Shown: positions 1 through 10,779 of the stretch, piece by piece
How positions within the stretch are numbered: position 1 is the stretch's first letter
How the letters are laid out: the number at the start of each line of letters is the position of its first letter
Assembly (NCBI GenBank): GCA_029560465.1
Contig: JAKQKX010000090.1
Coordinates: 72,189 to 136,188 of the forward strand
Length of the DNA: 64,000 bases
Direction: 5' to 3'
From: Candidatus Omnitrophota bacterium
Lineage (GTDB): Bacteria > Omnitrophota > Gorgyraeia > Zapsychrales > JANLHA01
Translations under genes and position numbers: made by a program
Notes under the pieces: generated by a model
What the model saw: only the letters and a program-made list of their open reading frames with translations
Databases searched by the model: none
Told to the model about the DNA's origin: nothing

Positions 1-601
1 TGGCATTGATTAAAAGGTCCGAGATCTCCAGGTTGAGATCATCCAGGCTATGAACCACCTTAATCAGCCTTGTATCAAACCGCTGCCCCAGATCTTGAAC
101 CAGGGCCTCGGCTTTATGATGGTCGATATCATAAATCAGGACGGCTTCCGGCCGTTCCGGGACAAGGCACAAAACAGTGACGATCGCCCTGGCGGCTCCG
201 CCGGCGCCCAGGATGGATACCCGTTTGCCGGCCGTGTTAAAACCCAGTTCGGTCAGATGCGTCAAGAACCCCGGGCCGTCCGTGTTGTGTCCGGTTAATT
301 GTCTTTTCGCAGAAACCACCACGGTGTTCACCGCCCCGACCTTTTCCGCAAAAGGCGACAGGCTGTCCATATAAACGAGGACTTTCTCCTTATATGGCAC
401 GGTCACGTTCAAGCCGAAAATCGGGCTGCCGTCTTTTTTTAAATCAGAGAAGAACGGCTCCAGCTCGCCTTCCTGAAGCGGAAACAGCTTATAGACAGCG
501 TCCACTCCCAGTTCCTGAAAAGCGGCGTTATGCATAAGCGGGGAGAGAGAATGTTGAACAGGATACCCCACCAACCCGTATGTCGATTTATATTGTTCCA
601 T
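1..601 (-). CDS. aroE: shikimate dehydrogenase; start codon at 601, C-terminus runs off the window start
   Basis: The minus-strand translation from the ATG at 601 reads MEQYKSTYGLVGYPVQHSLSPLMHNAAFQELG...GLNVTVPYK, matching the AroE N-terminus and the substrate-binding motif. The frame stays open to position 1. Confidence 0.8.
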   Translation of the reverse strand, partial: MEQYKSTYGLVGYPVQHSLSPLMHNAAFQELGVDAVYKLFPLQEGELEPFFSDLKKDGSPIFGLNVTVPYKEKVLVYMDSLSPFAEKVGAVNTVVVSAKRQLTGHNTDGPGFLTHLTELGFNTAGKRVSILGAGGAARAIVTVLCLVPERPEAVLIYDIDHHKAEALVQDLGQRFDTRLIKVVHSLDDLNLEISDLLINA

Positions 602-612
602 GATTTATATCA

Positions 613-634
613 GGCCGGCCTCAAAAAAGGCCGG
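613..634. terminator. GC hairpin (CCGGCC / GGCCGG stem with a tcaaaaaa loop) between the leuA stop and the aroE start
   Basis: The inverted repeat is visible directly in the sequence. On the minus strand the T-run sits inside the loop, so this is not a canonical rho-independent terminator. It could be a terminator or attenuator-like element. Confidence 0.25.
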
Positions 635-668
635 AGAAGGGGAAGCATTTTAAAAGCCTCAAGAAACC

Positions 669-2234
669 TTAAACGTTGGCGCGCTTGTCTTCAGTTAGGT
701 TATAAATATCCCCGTGGGTAAGCGCCTTGTTGATGGCCTCGATATACGCTTGAGCCGAAGCGACAATAATATCCGTGCTGGTTCCCCGGGCCGTGACAAT
801 TTTGTCATTCACTTTAACCCGGATCGTCACCTCCCCCAACGCGTCTTTCCCCTGGGTGACGGACTGAATAGAATAATCCAGCAATTTCCCTTTGATCTTT
901 GTGATGGCATCAATGGCCTTATAACAGGCGTCGACCGGACCGTCACCGGAGGAAACCTTGGTATACTTCCGGCCTTTGGATTTTAATACAATTTTAACTT
1001 CCGAGGTGATCTTCGCCCCGCTGGTTGTGATAAGGTCATCCAAGGACCAGATCCGCTTCGTAACCTTGATTTCATCTTCGACAATCGCAATCAAATCTTC
1101 ATCAAAGACCTGCTTCTTTTTATCCGCCAAAACCTTAAACCGCTCAAACGCGATGTCCAGCTGATCCTCTTTGAGTTCGATCCCCAAGGACTTCAGCCGG
1201 ACTTTAAAAGCGTGACGCCCGGAATGTTTTCCCAGGACCAGCCCGGTCCCCACGAACCCCACATCCTCCGGGCTCATAATCTCATACGTTGACCGCTCTT
1301 TTAATATCCCGTCCTGGTGAATCCCCGCCTCATGCCGGAACGCGTTGCTCCCGACAATCGCTTTATTCGGGGGAACGAGAAACCCGGTAAACCTGGACAC
1401 CAGCCGGGAAGCCTTGCAGATCTCACGGGTGTTAATGTTCGTCGAACACCCATAAAAATCCGCCCGGGTCCGCAGGGCCATCACAATTTCTTCCATCGAG
1501 GCGTTTCCGGCCCGCTCTCCGATCCCGTTGATCGTGCACTCCACCTGACGGGCGCCATTTTTGACCGCCATGAGAGAATTGGCCACGCCTAATCCCAGGT
1601 CGTTATGGCAATGCACGGAAATAACCGCTTTATGGATATTCGGGACATTATTTTTAATATCCGCGATAAGCTGGCCGTATTCCGCCGGCATGCTGTAGCC
1701 GACCGTGTCCGGGATATTCACGGTTTGAGCCCCGGCCTTGATCACCTCTTCCAAAATACGGAAGAGGAACTCCCGCTCCGTGCGCGAGGCGTCTTCCGGA
1801 GAAAACTCGATATCCGCAATTTTCGTTTTCGCGTATTGGACCGCGTCCACCGCCATCTGGACGATCTCTTCTTTACTTTTTTTCAACTTATGCTCCATAT
1901 GAATCTTGGACGTGGCCAAGAACACGTGGATCCGCCCGTTCTGGGCCCCCTTGACCGCGTCATACGCCGCGTCAATATCCTTCTTGATGGACCGGGCCAG
2001 ACCGCAAACAACAGCATTCTTGATTTTTTTCGCCACGTTACTAACCGAGTCGAAATCCCCGGGGGAAATCACCGGGAACCCCGCCTCGATGATGTCCACA
2101 CCGAGCTTTTCCAACTGCAGGGCGACCTCGAGTTTCTCGCTCATATTCATGCTAGCGCCAGGCGCCTGCTCCCCGTCCCGCAGCGTGGTGTCAAAAATCA
2201 ATACTTTATCAGCTTTCGTCATGTTCTGTCCCAT
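669..2234 (-). CDS. leuA: 2-isopropylmalate synthase
   Basis: The 521-aa product has an N-terminus IFDTTLRDGEQAPGASM and the HxH and GIGERAGN motifs of the DRE-TIM metallolyase family. It carries a C-terminal LeuA dimerisation/regulatory domain and is collinear with E. coli LeuA along its full length. Confidence 0.85.
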   Translation of the reverse strand: MGQNMTKADKVLIFDTTLRDGEQAPGASMNMSEKLEVALQLEKLGVDIIEAGFPVISPGDFDSVSNVAKKIKNAVVCGLARSIKKDIDAAYDAVKGAQNGRIHVFLATSKIHMEHKLKKSKEEIVQMAVDAVQYAKTKIADIEFSPEDASRTEREFLFRILEEVIKAGAQTVNIPDTVGYSMPAEYGQLIADIKNNVPNIHKAVISVHCHNDLGLGVANSLMAVKNGARQVECTINGIGERAGNASMEEIVMALRTRADFYGCSTNINTREICKASRLVSRFTGFLVPPNKAIVGSNAFRHEAGIHQDGILKERSTYEIMSPEDVGFVGTGLVLGKHSGRHAFKVRLKSLGIELKEDQLDIAFERFKVLADKKKQVFDEDLIAIVEDEIKVTKRIWSLDDLITTSGAKITSEVKIVLKSKGRKYTKVSSGDGPVDACYKAIDAITKIKGKLLDYSIQSVTQGKDALGEVTIRVKVNDKIVTARGTSTDIIVASAQAYIEAINKALTHGDIYNLTEDKRANV

Positions 2235-2285
2235 TATCCAAAAGACTTAGGGCATTGAAGCCATTGGCTCCCCTGCCACAAATCC

Positions 2286-3278
2286 TTATTTCTTCATCCA
2301 GGGCATCATGGCGCGCAACTGTTCGCCAATTTTTTCGATCGGATGATTCTTGCCCTCACTGCGCATTTTATTAAAATTCGGCCGGCCTTTTTTATTTTCC
2401 CGCATCCATTCCCGGGCGAACTTCCCTGATTGTATTTCCTTCAGGATTTTCTTCATTTCCTTGTGCGTACGGTCATTGATAATACGCTTGCCCCGGCTAT
2501 AATCCCCGTATTCCGCGGTATCCGAAACCCGTTGGCGCATCCCCTGCATTCCGTATTCATAAATTAAATCCACGATAAGCTTGAGTTCATGACAACATTC
2601 AAAATAAGCAATTTCCGGCTGATAACCCGCTTCCACGAGTGTTTCAAAACCCGCTTTCACCAGCTCCGAAGCGCCCCCGCACAAAACCGTCTGTTCCCCA
2701 AAAAGGTCGGTTTCGGTTTCTTCCTTAAATGTGGTTTTCAGAACCCCGGCCCGGCTGCCTCCGATCCCTTTCGCATAAGCCAGCGCGTCCTGCAAGGCGT
2801 GTCCGGACGCATCCTGGTGAATCGCCACCAGACAGGGAACCCCCTTGCCTTCTTCATATTGACGCCGGACCAACGCCCCAGGCCCCTTCGGGGCGATCAT
2901 CCAAACATCCACATCCGGAGGAGGGACAATCTGTTTAAAATGGATATTAAACCCGTGGGAGAAAACCAACGCCTTCCCCGCGGTTAAATTCCGCTTAATC
3001 GCCTTTTTGTAAAGCGTCGCCTGGATATGATCCTGGGTCAAAATCTGGATAATATCCGCTTTCTTGGCCGCTTTTTTGGCATCAACCGGCGTAAAACCGT
3101 CCGCCACCGCGGTCTTATAATTCTCCGTGCCTTCCAGTTCGCTCACGATCACTTTCAGCCCGCTGTCACGCAGGTTGAGCGCCTGCCCCCGACCCTGAAT
3201 ACCGTAACCGATAATCGCGATCGTGCGGGCCTTGATACTGTCCAAGTTTGCATCCTTGTCATAATAAATCTTTGCCAT
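2286..3278 (-). CDS. ilvC: ketol-acid reductoisomerase
   Basis: The 330-aa product starts [40 protein letters not shown], a Rossmann fold, and the remainder matches the KARI family. It lies directly upstream of leuA. Confidence 0.9.
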   Translation of the reverse strand: MAKIYYDKDANLDSIKARTIAIIGYGIQGRGQALNLRDSGLKVIVSELEGTENYKTAVADGFTPVDAKKAAKKADIIQILTQDHIQATLYKKAIKRNLTAGKALVFSHGFNIHFKQIVPPPDVDVWMIAPKGPGALVRRQYEEGKGVPCLVAIHQDASGHALQDALAYAKGIGGSRAGVLKTTFKEETETDLFGEQTVLCGGASELVKAGFETLVEAGYQPEIAYFECCHELKLIVDLIYEYGMQGMRQRVSDTAEYGDYSRGKRIINDRTHKEMKKILKEIQSGKFAREWMRENKKGRPNFNKMRSEGKNHPIEKIGEQLRAMMPWMKK

Positions 3279-3377
3279 TTCCTTCTTCCCTTCTTTTCAG
3301 GTTTAAAATTGCCGTTATTGTATCATATTTTACTTTTAATGTTAACACCTTTATCATTTCAGCCAAAGCCGCCCAGC

Positions 3378-5096
3378 TTAAAGGCCCGGGACCTGCATGT
3401 CGCGGGGGTGCTCCACGGTGAACGAATAAAGGATTTCTTTTTTCCCCCGTGGCGGCAGCTCAAGCTCCCACAACCAGACCCCCGCGCGGTCTTTCCAATC
3501 TTTTTGATTGGGCTTAAGGCTCACGTTAAAAATATTGACCCGTATCTTATCATTCTGCGAAACCGGCATGGGTTCAAAGAGCAACACTTTAACAATCTTA
3601 TCCTTATAATTTTCTACGGTTAACTTATATTCAAATTGCGTTTTCCGATTAGGCGAGGGGATCCCGGCAATCAGCACATCGTCCACGTTCTTAACGGTCT
3701 GCTGGCGGGCGACTTTCACGTTGTCATCAACCCCCAGGTAGAGATCAAATTCCTCTCCCGGCCCGATATTGTCGATGCTCGATTTCCCGACGAACTCCCC
3801 ATCCAGGAACAGGTTCACCGGCCCGGCCATGAGCTGCTGGTCTTTCGCGTTCGCCACCCGGCTGCCCAGATAAGCCTCCGGCGCGGCTTGAGGATAAGCA
3901 GAATAATGATAATCCGCTTTCAGCACCTGCACGGCCACCGGGAACTTACTTTCCACACCGTCCGATTTAATAGAAACCAGCCGCGGAACTTTATAAATAA
4001 ACGCCACGCCTTTCTGCTCCACTGTGGAAAGCGCCAACTCCGCCGGCTGTTCTGTCGCCTGATTCACCGCCAGATCAAACGCCTCCATCTGCATCATCGG
4101 CGCTCCGGCCCTCTCCTCTCGCATCGATAACGCTTTAGCAGCGCGGCGCGGCTGGGGCTGATACGGATTCAGCACCCAAGGGGCCACATACGGCATGCGT
4201 CCGCTGCGGGTCGGCCGGGCCGTGGACAATGTCAGTTGGACATTGTCCCAGTCTGCCCCCGTGGTCTGTTTAATAACCCCGTAAGAGGTAAGTTCAACGT
4301 CACCTTTCGTGTAATCCGCCCGGGCGTCATACTGCGCCCACCACTCGGCCCCCCGGGCCAGATACCCGACCTCAAGCTCCAAGGTTCCGGGCTTCACACA
4401 GGACAGGTCAACAATAATCGCGTGCTGCAGTTTCTTCCCCTGGTGGCCCAGTTGACTGAGTTCATTTTTAAGCCGCTCCACGTCCCGCTGTAACGCACGG
4501 ATATTTTTACGAATCTCTTCCTCCCGGCTTTCAACATCCGTCATGCGGGAGCGGATAAACTCCAGGGTATTACCCAACGATTCAACCGACGGCATGGTCG
4601 TGACCAAATCTTGAGGGATCTGCTTATCGGCGAAAAGCCGGACAGACTGGAGGAACTCCCGTTCCTTCTGCAGAACCTGCTGCTTGCGCTGCTCCCCCGC
4701 CAAACGGTCTTCATGGGTTTCAATGGCGTCTTTAAGCTCTTGCACCCGCTGATCCGGAACCACCGACAGGAATTCCTTTTTAAGAGAAGCGCCGTATATC
4801 TTAACCCCGGCCGTTCCCGCCCCGGAAACCGTGATAGTGCTTTCGTCAACATCCTGTTTAAGGTCATGAAAGACAACGCTGTGCTCCCCCGCGGTGAGGC
4901 TCACATCCGCCTTGCGCACAATCAAAGCTGAACCAGGATAAACCGTGACTTCCGTGATGCGGTTCGCGGGCGTGATCTCCCCGGAAATTCCAGGGAGAGG
5001 GACAGCTGCCGTAAAAAAGAACACGAGGCCAGCCGCCCAGAAAAGGTTCTTGCTCATCAGGACCTCCCAAAAGTTCATAGGCCTTCTTAAAAACAA
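3378..5096 (-). CDS. DUF4139/DUF4140 (TIGR02231-like, mucoidy-inhibitor MuiA-like) secreted protein with a central coiled coil
   Basis: The product is 572 aa. A signal-peptide-like segment (MSKNLFWAAGLVFFFTAAVP) suggests the true start may be the internal Met near 5058. The protein is built as an N-terminal beta domain, a long coiled coil and a C-terminal beta domain, typical of this family. Confidence 0.55.
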   Translation of the reverse strand: MFLRRPMNFWEVLMSKNLFWAAGLVFFFTAAVPLPGISGEITPANRITEVTVYPGSALIVRKADVSLTAGEHSVVFHDLKQDVDESTITVSGAGTAGVKIYGASLKKEFLSVVPDQRVQELKDAIETHEDRLAGEQRKQQVLQKEREFLQSVRLFADKQIPQDLVTTMPSVESLGNTLEFIRSRMTDVESREEEIRKNIRALQRDVERLKNELSQLGHQGKKLQHAIIVDLSCVKPGTLELEVGYLARGAEWWAQYDARADYTKGDVELTSYGVIKQTTGADWDNVQLTLSTARPTRSGRMPYVAPWVLNPYQPQPRRAAKALSMREERAGAPMMQMEAFDLAVNQATEQPAELALSTVEQKGVAFIYKVPRLVSIKSDGVESKFPVAVQVLKADYHYSAYPQAAPEAYLGSRVANAKDQQLMAGPVNLFLDGEFVGKSSIDNIGPGEEFDLYLGVDDNVKVARQQTVKNVDDVLIAGIPSPNRKTQFEYKLTVENYKDKIVKVLLFEPMPVSQNDKIRVNIFNVSLKPNQKDWKDRAGVWLWELELPPRGKKEILYSFTVEHPRDMQVPGL

Positions 5097-5126
5097 AGAA
5101 GGCCTATGATGACAAAAAAATAACGT

Positions 5127-6545
5127 TTAATATCTATAATGCTCGGGCTTATAAGGACCTTCTTGAGAAACCCCGATATATTTCGCCTGTTCGGGAGTTA
5201 ACACGGTCAATTCGGCTCCCACATGCGCCAAATGCAAACGGGCGACTTCTTCGTCAAGGTCTTTAGGAAGGCGGTACACATCCACCGGTTTACGGTTAGA
5301 CCAAAGATCCAGCTGGGCTAGGACCTGGTTGGTAAACGAGTTGCTCATAACAAAAGACGGATGCCCGGTCGCACAGCCCAAGTTCACCAACCGCCCTTCC
5401 GCCAGGATGATAATGGACTTTCCGTTCGGGAAACAATACTCGTCCACCTGGGGTTTAATATTGATCTTCTTGATCCCCGGCCATTTATCCAATTTGTTCA
5501 TCTGGATTTCATTGTCAAAATGCCCGATGTTGCACACGATGGCTTTGTCTTTCATCTTAGACATATGCACCGCTGTAATCACGGAACAGTTCCCGGTGGC
5601 TGAAACATAAATATCCCCGATATCCAGGACGCTCTCAATCCGCTTGACTTCAAATCCTTCCATGGCGGACTGCAAAGCGCAGATGGGATCAATTTCCGTG
5701 ACAATCACCCGCGCGCCGTAACTGCGCATGGACCGGGCGCACCCCTTGCCCACATCGCCGTAACCGCACACCACGACGACCTTCCCGGCGATCATGATAT
5801 CCGTGGCCCGCTTGATGCCGTCGGCCAAAGATTCCCGGCAACCATAAAGGTTGTCGAACTTGGATTTCGTCACCGAATCGTTCACGTTAATGGCGGGAAA
5901 AAGCAGCTTGCCCTCCTGGACCATCTGGTAGAGGCGATGCACGCCCGTTGTGGTTTCCTCAGAAACTCCCCGGATATCCTTAACCGCCCGGTGCCACGTC
6001 TGAGAGTCCTCCGCCAGGGTCGCTTTCAAAGAGGCCAAAAGCTCACGCTCATCTTCAGCGTCAACTGTCTTTTCAAGAATGGACGGGTCGTTTTCCGCCT
6101 CATACCCCATATGGACCATCAACGTCGCGTCTCCCCCATCGTCAACAATCAGGTGGGGGCCCTGCCCGTCGGGGAAGGATAGCGCCTGCTTCGTGCACCA
6201 CCAGTAATCTTTCAGGTTTTCCCCTTTCCAGGCGAACACCGGCACGCCCAAGTCGGCGATCGCCGCAGCCGCGTGGTCTTGGGTTGAAAAAATATTACAG
6301 CTGCACCACCGCACATCCGCGCCTAAGGCCGTCAAAGTTTTGATCAAGACCGCCGTCTGAATCGTCATGTGCAGGGAGCCGGTGATGCGGGCCCCTTTAA
6401 ACGGCTGCTGTTGCGCGTATTTCGCCCGGAGCGCCATAAGCCCGGGCATTTCAAATTCCGCCAACTCTATTTCCTTATGACCCCAAGCCGCCAGGCCTAT
6501 GTCCTTAATTTTGTACTCCTGAGACATCGCTGTCATTGATTTCAT
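5127..6545 (-). CDS. ahcY: adenosylhomocysteinase
   Basis: The 472-aa product carries the NAD-binding motif [17 protein letters not shown] and conserved SAHH blocks along its full length. Confidence 0.9.
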   Translation of the reverse strand: MKSMTAMSQEYKIKDIGLAAWGHKEIELAEFEMPGLMALRAKYAQQQPFKGARITGSLHMTIQTAVLIKTLTALGADVRWCSCNIFSTQDHAAAAIADLGVPVFAWKGENLKDYWWCTKQALSFPDGQGPHLIVDDGGDATLMVHMGYEAENDPSILEKTVDAEDERELLASLKATLAEDSQTWHRAVKDIRGVSEETTTGVHRLYQMVQEGKLLFPAINVNDSVTKSKFDNLYGCRESLADGIKRATDIMIAGKVVVVCGYGDVGKGCARSMRSYGARVIVTEIDPICALQSAMEGFEVKRIESVLDIGDIYVSATGNCSVITAVHMSKMKDKAIVCNIGHFDNEIQMNKLDKWPGIKKINIKPQVDEYCFPNGKSIIILAEGRLVNLGCATGHPSFVMSNSFTNQVLAQLDLWSNRKPVDVYRLPKDLDEEVARLHLAHVGAELTVLTPEQAKYIGVSQEGPYKPEHYRY

Positions 6546-6617
6546 AACCCCCTCACTTCTTTATCAAAATACCTCTCTTACATAAATAATCACTCTGGAG
6601 CTGGGACTGGACACAAA

Positions 6618-7781
6618 CTACACAGCCACCAGCGCCTCTTTCTTGAGGACCGCGGCTTTGTCGGTCTGCTCCCAAGAAAATTCCTTCCGGCCGAAATGCC
6701 CGTAAGCCGCCGTTTTCTGGTAAATCGGCTGCAGAAGATTTAACTGTTTGATAATCCCCCGGGGGGTCAAATCAAAATGTTTGCGGACCAAATCGACAAG
6801 TTTCTGCTCCGGAACCTTCCCGGTCCCGAACGTATCAACCATGACGCTGACCGGCTCTGCCTTACCGATGGCGTACCCCAACTGAATCCAGCATTTGTCT
6901 GCCAGCGCGGCAGCCACGATATTTTTAGCCACATACCGCGCCATATATGTTGCGGAACGGTCCACCTTGGTCGGGTCCTTCCCGGAAAAAGCGCCTCCGC
7001 CATGGGAAACGATCCCGCCGTAAGTATCCACAATGATCTTCCGCCCGGTCATCCCTGTATCTGACTGCGGGCCGCCGACCAGAAATTTGCCTGTTTCGTT
7101 CACATAATATTTTGTATCCCTATCAACCAGGTCCTTTAAAACCGGCAAAGCGATGGTTTTTATAATTTCCTGCTTGGACTCTTCCGTGATCCTCTTGCCC
7201 GTCTTATCAAGAATTTTGTCAGTATGCTGACAGGCCAGGACGACCGCATCCACCCTCTTAGGAACGCCATCACAATATTCCACCGTGACTTGACTCTTGC
7301 AATCCGGCCCCAAGTAATCCAGTTCCTGGCTCACCCGAACATCCGAAATCCTTCTGACAAGGTGATGCGCCAGCATGATCGGCAGGGGCATCAGTTCTGG
7401 CGTTTCATCGCACGCGTAACCGATCATGATCCCTTGATCACCGGCCCCTCCGGCGTCCACCCCCTGGGCGATATCCGGGGACTGGCTGTTAATCGCATTC
7501 AAGATCGAACAGGTCTGCGCGCTAAACCCGTATTTGATATGCGTATACCCGATCTCCGACAGAACCCGACGGACAAGATTCTGGACTTCAATATAAGACG
7601 TCGTGGTGATTTCCCCCCCGACGATGACAAGCCCCGTGGTGATAAATGTTTCGCAAGCCACACGCCCCGCTGGATCATTCTTAAGCACGCTGTCCAAAAC
7701 CGCGTCAGAAATCTGATCGCAAACCTTATCAGGATGCCCCGCCCCAACGGATTCAGAAGTAAAAAAATATTGTCCTTTCAC
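6618..7781 (-). CDS. metK: S-adenosylmethionine synthetase; GTG start
   Basis: The 387-aa product carries [24 protein letters not shown] and the [16 protein letters not shown] motif. It sits immediately upstream of ahcY on the same strand, forming a methyl-cycle operon. Confidence 0.9.
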   Translation of the reverse strand: MKGQYFFTSESVGAGHPDKVCDQISDAVLDSVLKNDPAGRVACETFITTGLVIVGGEITTTSYIEVQNLVRRVLSEIGYTHIKYGFSAQTCSILNAINSQSPDIAQGVDAGGAGDQGIMIGYACDETPELMPLPIMLAHHLVRRISDVRVSQELDYLGPDCKSQVTVEYCDGVPKRVDAVVLACQHTDKILDKTGKRITEESKQEIIKTIALPVLKDLVDRDTKYYVNETGKFLVGGPQSDTGMTGRKIIVDTYGGIVSHGGGAFSGKDPTKVDRSATYMARYVAKNIVAAALADKCWIQLGYAIGKAEPVSVMVDTFGTGKVPEQKLVDLVRKHFDLTPRGIIKQLNLLQPIYQKTAAYGHFGRKEFSWEQTDKAAVLKKEALVAV

Positions 7782-7888
7782 CTTTTACCCTTCCTTTCTT
7801 GAATGTGTCTCACAAACACAGCAGCCCGCGCGCCCGCCATGCCTTGGCCAGCGGCAATATCTCCATAATCTACTGTCTTGCGATCTCA

Positions 7889-8629
7889 TTAAACATTAAA
7901 CCGCTCCTGCGCCTTCTGATACGTTTCTATGCTACCGATATCATACCATTTCCCCTGAAATTTAAAACCAAAAACTGTGTCAGTTTCCGTCAACCAATGA
8001 ATGTAATCCCCCGCTTTATCCGTTTTGTTCAACTCCGCGACATAATCAGAAATCAAAGCCTGCGATTGGACCGGGAAAAAATAGGAGCACATCGCGATCA
8101 GGGTCGACCGTGGGTGCGGAGGCTTCTCTTCAAAAACCTGGATACGGTTTTGAGCGTCCATCTGAACAACGCCAAATTTGCTGGCTTCCTTAATATCCCC
8201 GATATCATAAAGGCCGATGGAGGCATGCGGGGCTTTCCCATGTGCAAAACGGATAAATTCTTCCAGCGCATAATCGAAAAGATTGTCGCCGCCCAGGACA
8301 AAAAGGTCATCTTGCCCTCGAAGATGCTTCAAGACAAACAGGATATCCCCCACCGCGCCTAACCGGTCTTCCGGGGATGTCGTCCCGTCATTCATCACGG
8401 TGATCGGAACCGGAAAATCTTTGTGGAGCGTGGCCCAATCCTGGAAATCCGCGTAGAACTTCTCATTGGTCACCACAACAACTTCCCGAAGAGCCGGCAA
8501 AGGCCGGATTTTCTCCAGCAAATAATCAATAAGCGGCCGGGACGCGATCTGAAGCAAAGGTTTGGCCGTATCCTTAATGAGGGGATACAGCCGGGTCCCA
8601 TAACCTGCCGCTAATATCAAAACTCTCAT
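7889..8629 (-). CDS. sugar-phosphate nucleotidyltransferase (NTP_transferase family)
   Basis: The 246-aa product starts MRVLILAAGYGTRLYPL, with the G-x-G-T-R-L signature of glucose-1-P thymidylyl/uridylyl transferases. Confidence 0.7.
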   Translation of the reverse strand: MRVLILAAGYGTRLYPLIKDTAKPLLQIASRPLIDYLLEKIRPLPALREVVVVTNEKFYADFQDWATLHKDFPVPITVMNDGTTSPEDRLGAVGDILFVLKHLRGQDDLFVLGGDNLFDYALEEFIRFAHGKAPHASIGLYDIGDIKEASKFGVVQMDAQNRIQVFEEKPPHPRSTLIAMCSYFFPVQSQALISDYVAELNKTDKAGDYIHWLTETDTVFGFKFQGKWYDIGSIETYQKAQERFNV

Positions 8630-8703
8630 GTGCGTTTTTTCCGTTACGTTAAAAAAGGCTTCACCCCGAACAGCGCCCCAACAACCGGCCGCTCGAAAGG
8701 GCG

Positions 8704-10467
8704 TTAGGCTTTATCCGCGGTATATATCTGCGGAACCAATTCCTGCAACCGGGCTTTGCTTAACTCCTCAACTTCCTGCCCTGAAGAAAGGGTCAACGCC
8801 CTCTGGGATAACTCCTGGGCGTCTTTCCGATTAATGCTACGAATCAGTTTCTTGATCTGCGGGATATTCAAAGGGGACATGCTCAGTTCATCCACCCCCA
8901 ATCCGATCAGCAAAAAGGCCTGAATCGGCTCTGAAGACATTTCTCCGCAAAGACCGACAGGGATATTCTCCTGATGGCCGGCGTCGACAACCATTTTGAT
9001 AAGCCGCAGGATCGCCGGATGGCAGGGTTCGTAAAAATTGGCCAGCTGCTCATTACGCCGGTCCACCGCTAACGTGTACTGAATCAGGTCATTCGTTCCG
9101 ATACTGAAAAACCGGACTTCCTTGGCCAGCAGATCCGCGGTCACGGCGGCCGAAGGGACCTCGATCATGGCCCCGACTTCAATATTTTCGTCGAACCCGA
9201 TCCCCTCCTCCCGCAAATTTATTTTCACTTCATTTAAAATGGCATTGGCCTGCCGCATTTCACTGGGCCCGGAAATCATCGGGTACATAAGCCGGACTTT
9301 ACCAAAAACCGAAGCGCGAAGGATCGCCCTTAACTGTGATTTAAAAATATCCGGACGGGCGAGGCAGAACTTAATCGCCCGCCATCCCAGGAAAGGAGAC
9401 ATGTCCCTTGGAATCTGCACGCTGGAAATAAACTTATCCCCGCCCAAATCCAAGGTCCGGATCGTCACGGCCAAAGGCGCCAGGTGTTCGGCCACTGCCT
9501 TGTAAGCGACAAATTGTTCTTCTTCCGAGGGAAGATCAACCCGGTTCATGAAAAAATACTCCGTCCGGTACAATCCAATCCCCTGAGCCCCTGACTGCCG
9601 AATCATCGGAATTTCTTCCGGGAGTTCCAGATTAGCCAGAATCGGGATAGGGCATCCATCCGAGGTCTTGGAAGGGAGGTCAACAATGTCATCAAAACGG
9701 TGGCTCAGGGCCGAAATACGCTTTTTCTCGGTATTGTAAATTTCAATAGTTTTCTCGGTAGGGTGCGCGATCACCAGCCCCATCCGGCCATCCACGATCA
9801 GGAGGTCCTGATTGCTGATCCGCAAGGTGGCATCTTTGAGCCCCACGACCGCCGGCACCCCCAAAGATTTGGCCATAATCGCGGTATGAGACGTACGCCC
9901 CCCGATATCCGTCGCGAAAGCCAAAACGTTTTTGTTAAACATCGTCACAGTATCCGACGGCGAAAGGTCATGCGCAATGATAATCATCTCCTCATCGATA
10001 TGGTCCAGGTCGTGCAGTTTTTGTTCGTCCGTAAGGTTTTTAAGAAGACGGCGGCCGATATCATTCACGTCACTGCTGCGTTCCCGCAAATACTCATCCT
10101 GAATACTGGAGAAAATTTTGCTGTACTTCTTTAAAACCACCATAAACGAGTATTCTGCCGACTGTTTCTCCTTCTTAATCCGCTTGATCACCTCTTCAAT
10201 GAGCATACGGTCTTCCAGGACGAGCAGGTGAGCGTCAAAGATCTGGCCGTGCTGCCCATCCATTTCATGGCTGATCTTTTTTTTCAGTTCGGAGATCTCT
10301 TCCCGCGTTTTGATCAGGGCTTCTTCAAAACGGGCAATTTCGATAGGGACCTCCTTGTCCATGATAGCGCGGGGCGGCACGATAAAATCCTGTTTATCGA
10401 TAATGTAAGCCGGCCCGATCGCAATCCCCGGCGCGGCCGGGATTCCTTTTAAAACAATTTCATTCAT
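8704..10467 (-). CDS. ptsI: phosphoenolpyruvate-protein phosphotransferase (PTS Enzyme I)
   Basis: The 587-aa product has a PEP-utilising mobile-domain motif GGRTSHTAIMAKSLGVPAVVG with the catalytic His. It has an EI N-terminal domain and a C-terminal PEP-binding TIM barrel. Confidence 0.9.
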   Translation of the reverse strand: MNEIVLKGIPAAPGIAIGPAYIIDKQDFIVPPRAIMDKEVPIEIARFEEALIKTREEISELKKKISHEMDGQHGQIFDAHLLVLEDRMLIEEVIKRIKKEKQSAEYSFMVVLKKYSKIFSSIQDEYLRERSSDVNDIGRRLLKNLTDEQKLHDLDHIDEEMIIIAHDLSPSDTVTMFNKNVLAFATDIGGRTSHTAIMAKSLGVPAVVGLKDATLRISNQDLLIVDGRMGLVIAHPTEKTIEIYNTEKKRISALSHRFDDIVDLPSKTSDGCPIPILANLELPEEIPMIRQSGAQGIGLYRTEYFFMNRVDLPSEEEQFVAYKAVAEHLAPLAVTIRTLDLGGDKFISSVQIPRDMSPFLGWRAIKFCLARPDIFKSQLRAILRASVFGKVRLMYPMISGPSEMRQANAILNEVKINLREEGIGFDENIEVGAMIEVPSAAVTADLLAKEVRFFSIGTNDLIQYTLAVDRRNEQLANFYEPCHPAILRLIKMVVDAGHQENIPVGLCGEMSSEPIQAFLLIGLGVDELSMSPLNIPQIKKLIRSINRKDAQELSQRALTLSSGQEVEELSKARLQELVPQIYTADKA

Positions 10468-10723
10468 TTCTAGACAAAAATGCCTCCAATTCCCCCATCA
10501 GTTGTTCAGCGTCACTCCCGTCGACGCAAACAAAAAGTTTACTGTTCTTCTCCGCGCCAAGCATAAGGATGCCCATAATCGACTTTCCGTTCACCTTTTC
10601 TCCATCTTTACTGACCGTCACGGTCGCATCAAACTTCGCGGCGATCTGGACAAAAAAAGCCGCCGGCCGTGCGTGCAAGCCCTGCTCATTTAAAACCGTA
10701 AGCTCTTTTTCAATTCTTGGCAT
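10460..10723 (-). CDS. ptsH: phosphocarrier protein HPr
   Basis: The 87-aa product contains the His15 region GLHARPAA and the Ser46 region GKSIMGIL. It overlaps the ptsI start by 8 nt. Confidence 0.85.
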   Translation of the reverse strand: MPRIEKELTVLNEQGLHARPAAFFVQIAAKFDATVTVSKDGEKVNGKSIMGILMLGAEKNSKLFVCVDGSDAEQLMGELEAFLSRNE

Positions 10724-10779
10724 AAACGAAATATCCCCGTTCTATCCGCCCAAAGGATCTTTCGGTAACAGGCTACCGC

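Noticed and set aside
1605-2258. 217-aa plus-strand ORF
   Set aside because: It is entirely antisense to the strongly supported leuA CDS. Its arginine-rich, low-complexity translation is typical of the reverse frame of a GC-rich gene.
7782-7888. Possible SAM riboswitch upstream of metK
   Set aside because: A GCUGGCC...GGCGGG stretch is superficially reminiscent of SAM-I. Only about 107 nt are available between genes. The kink-turn/GGAGGGA core and the P1-P4 architecture cannot be assembled by eye.
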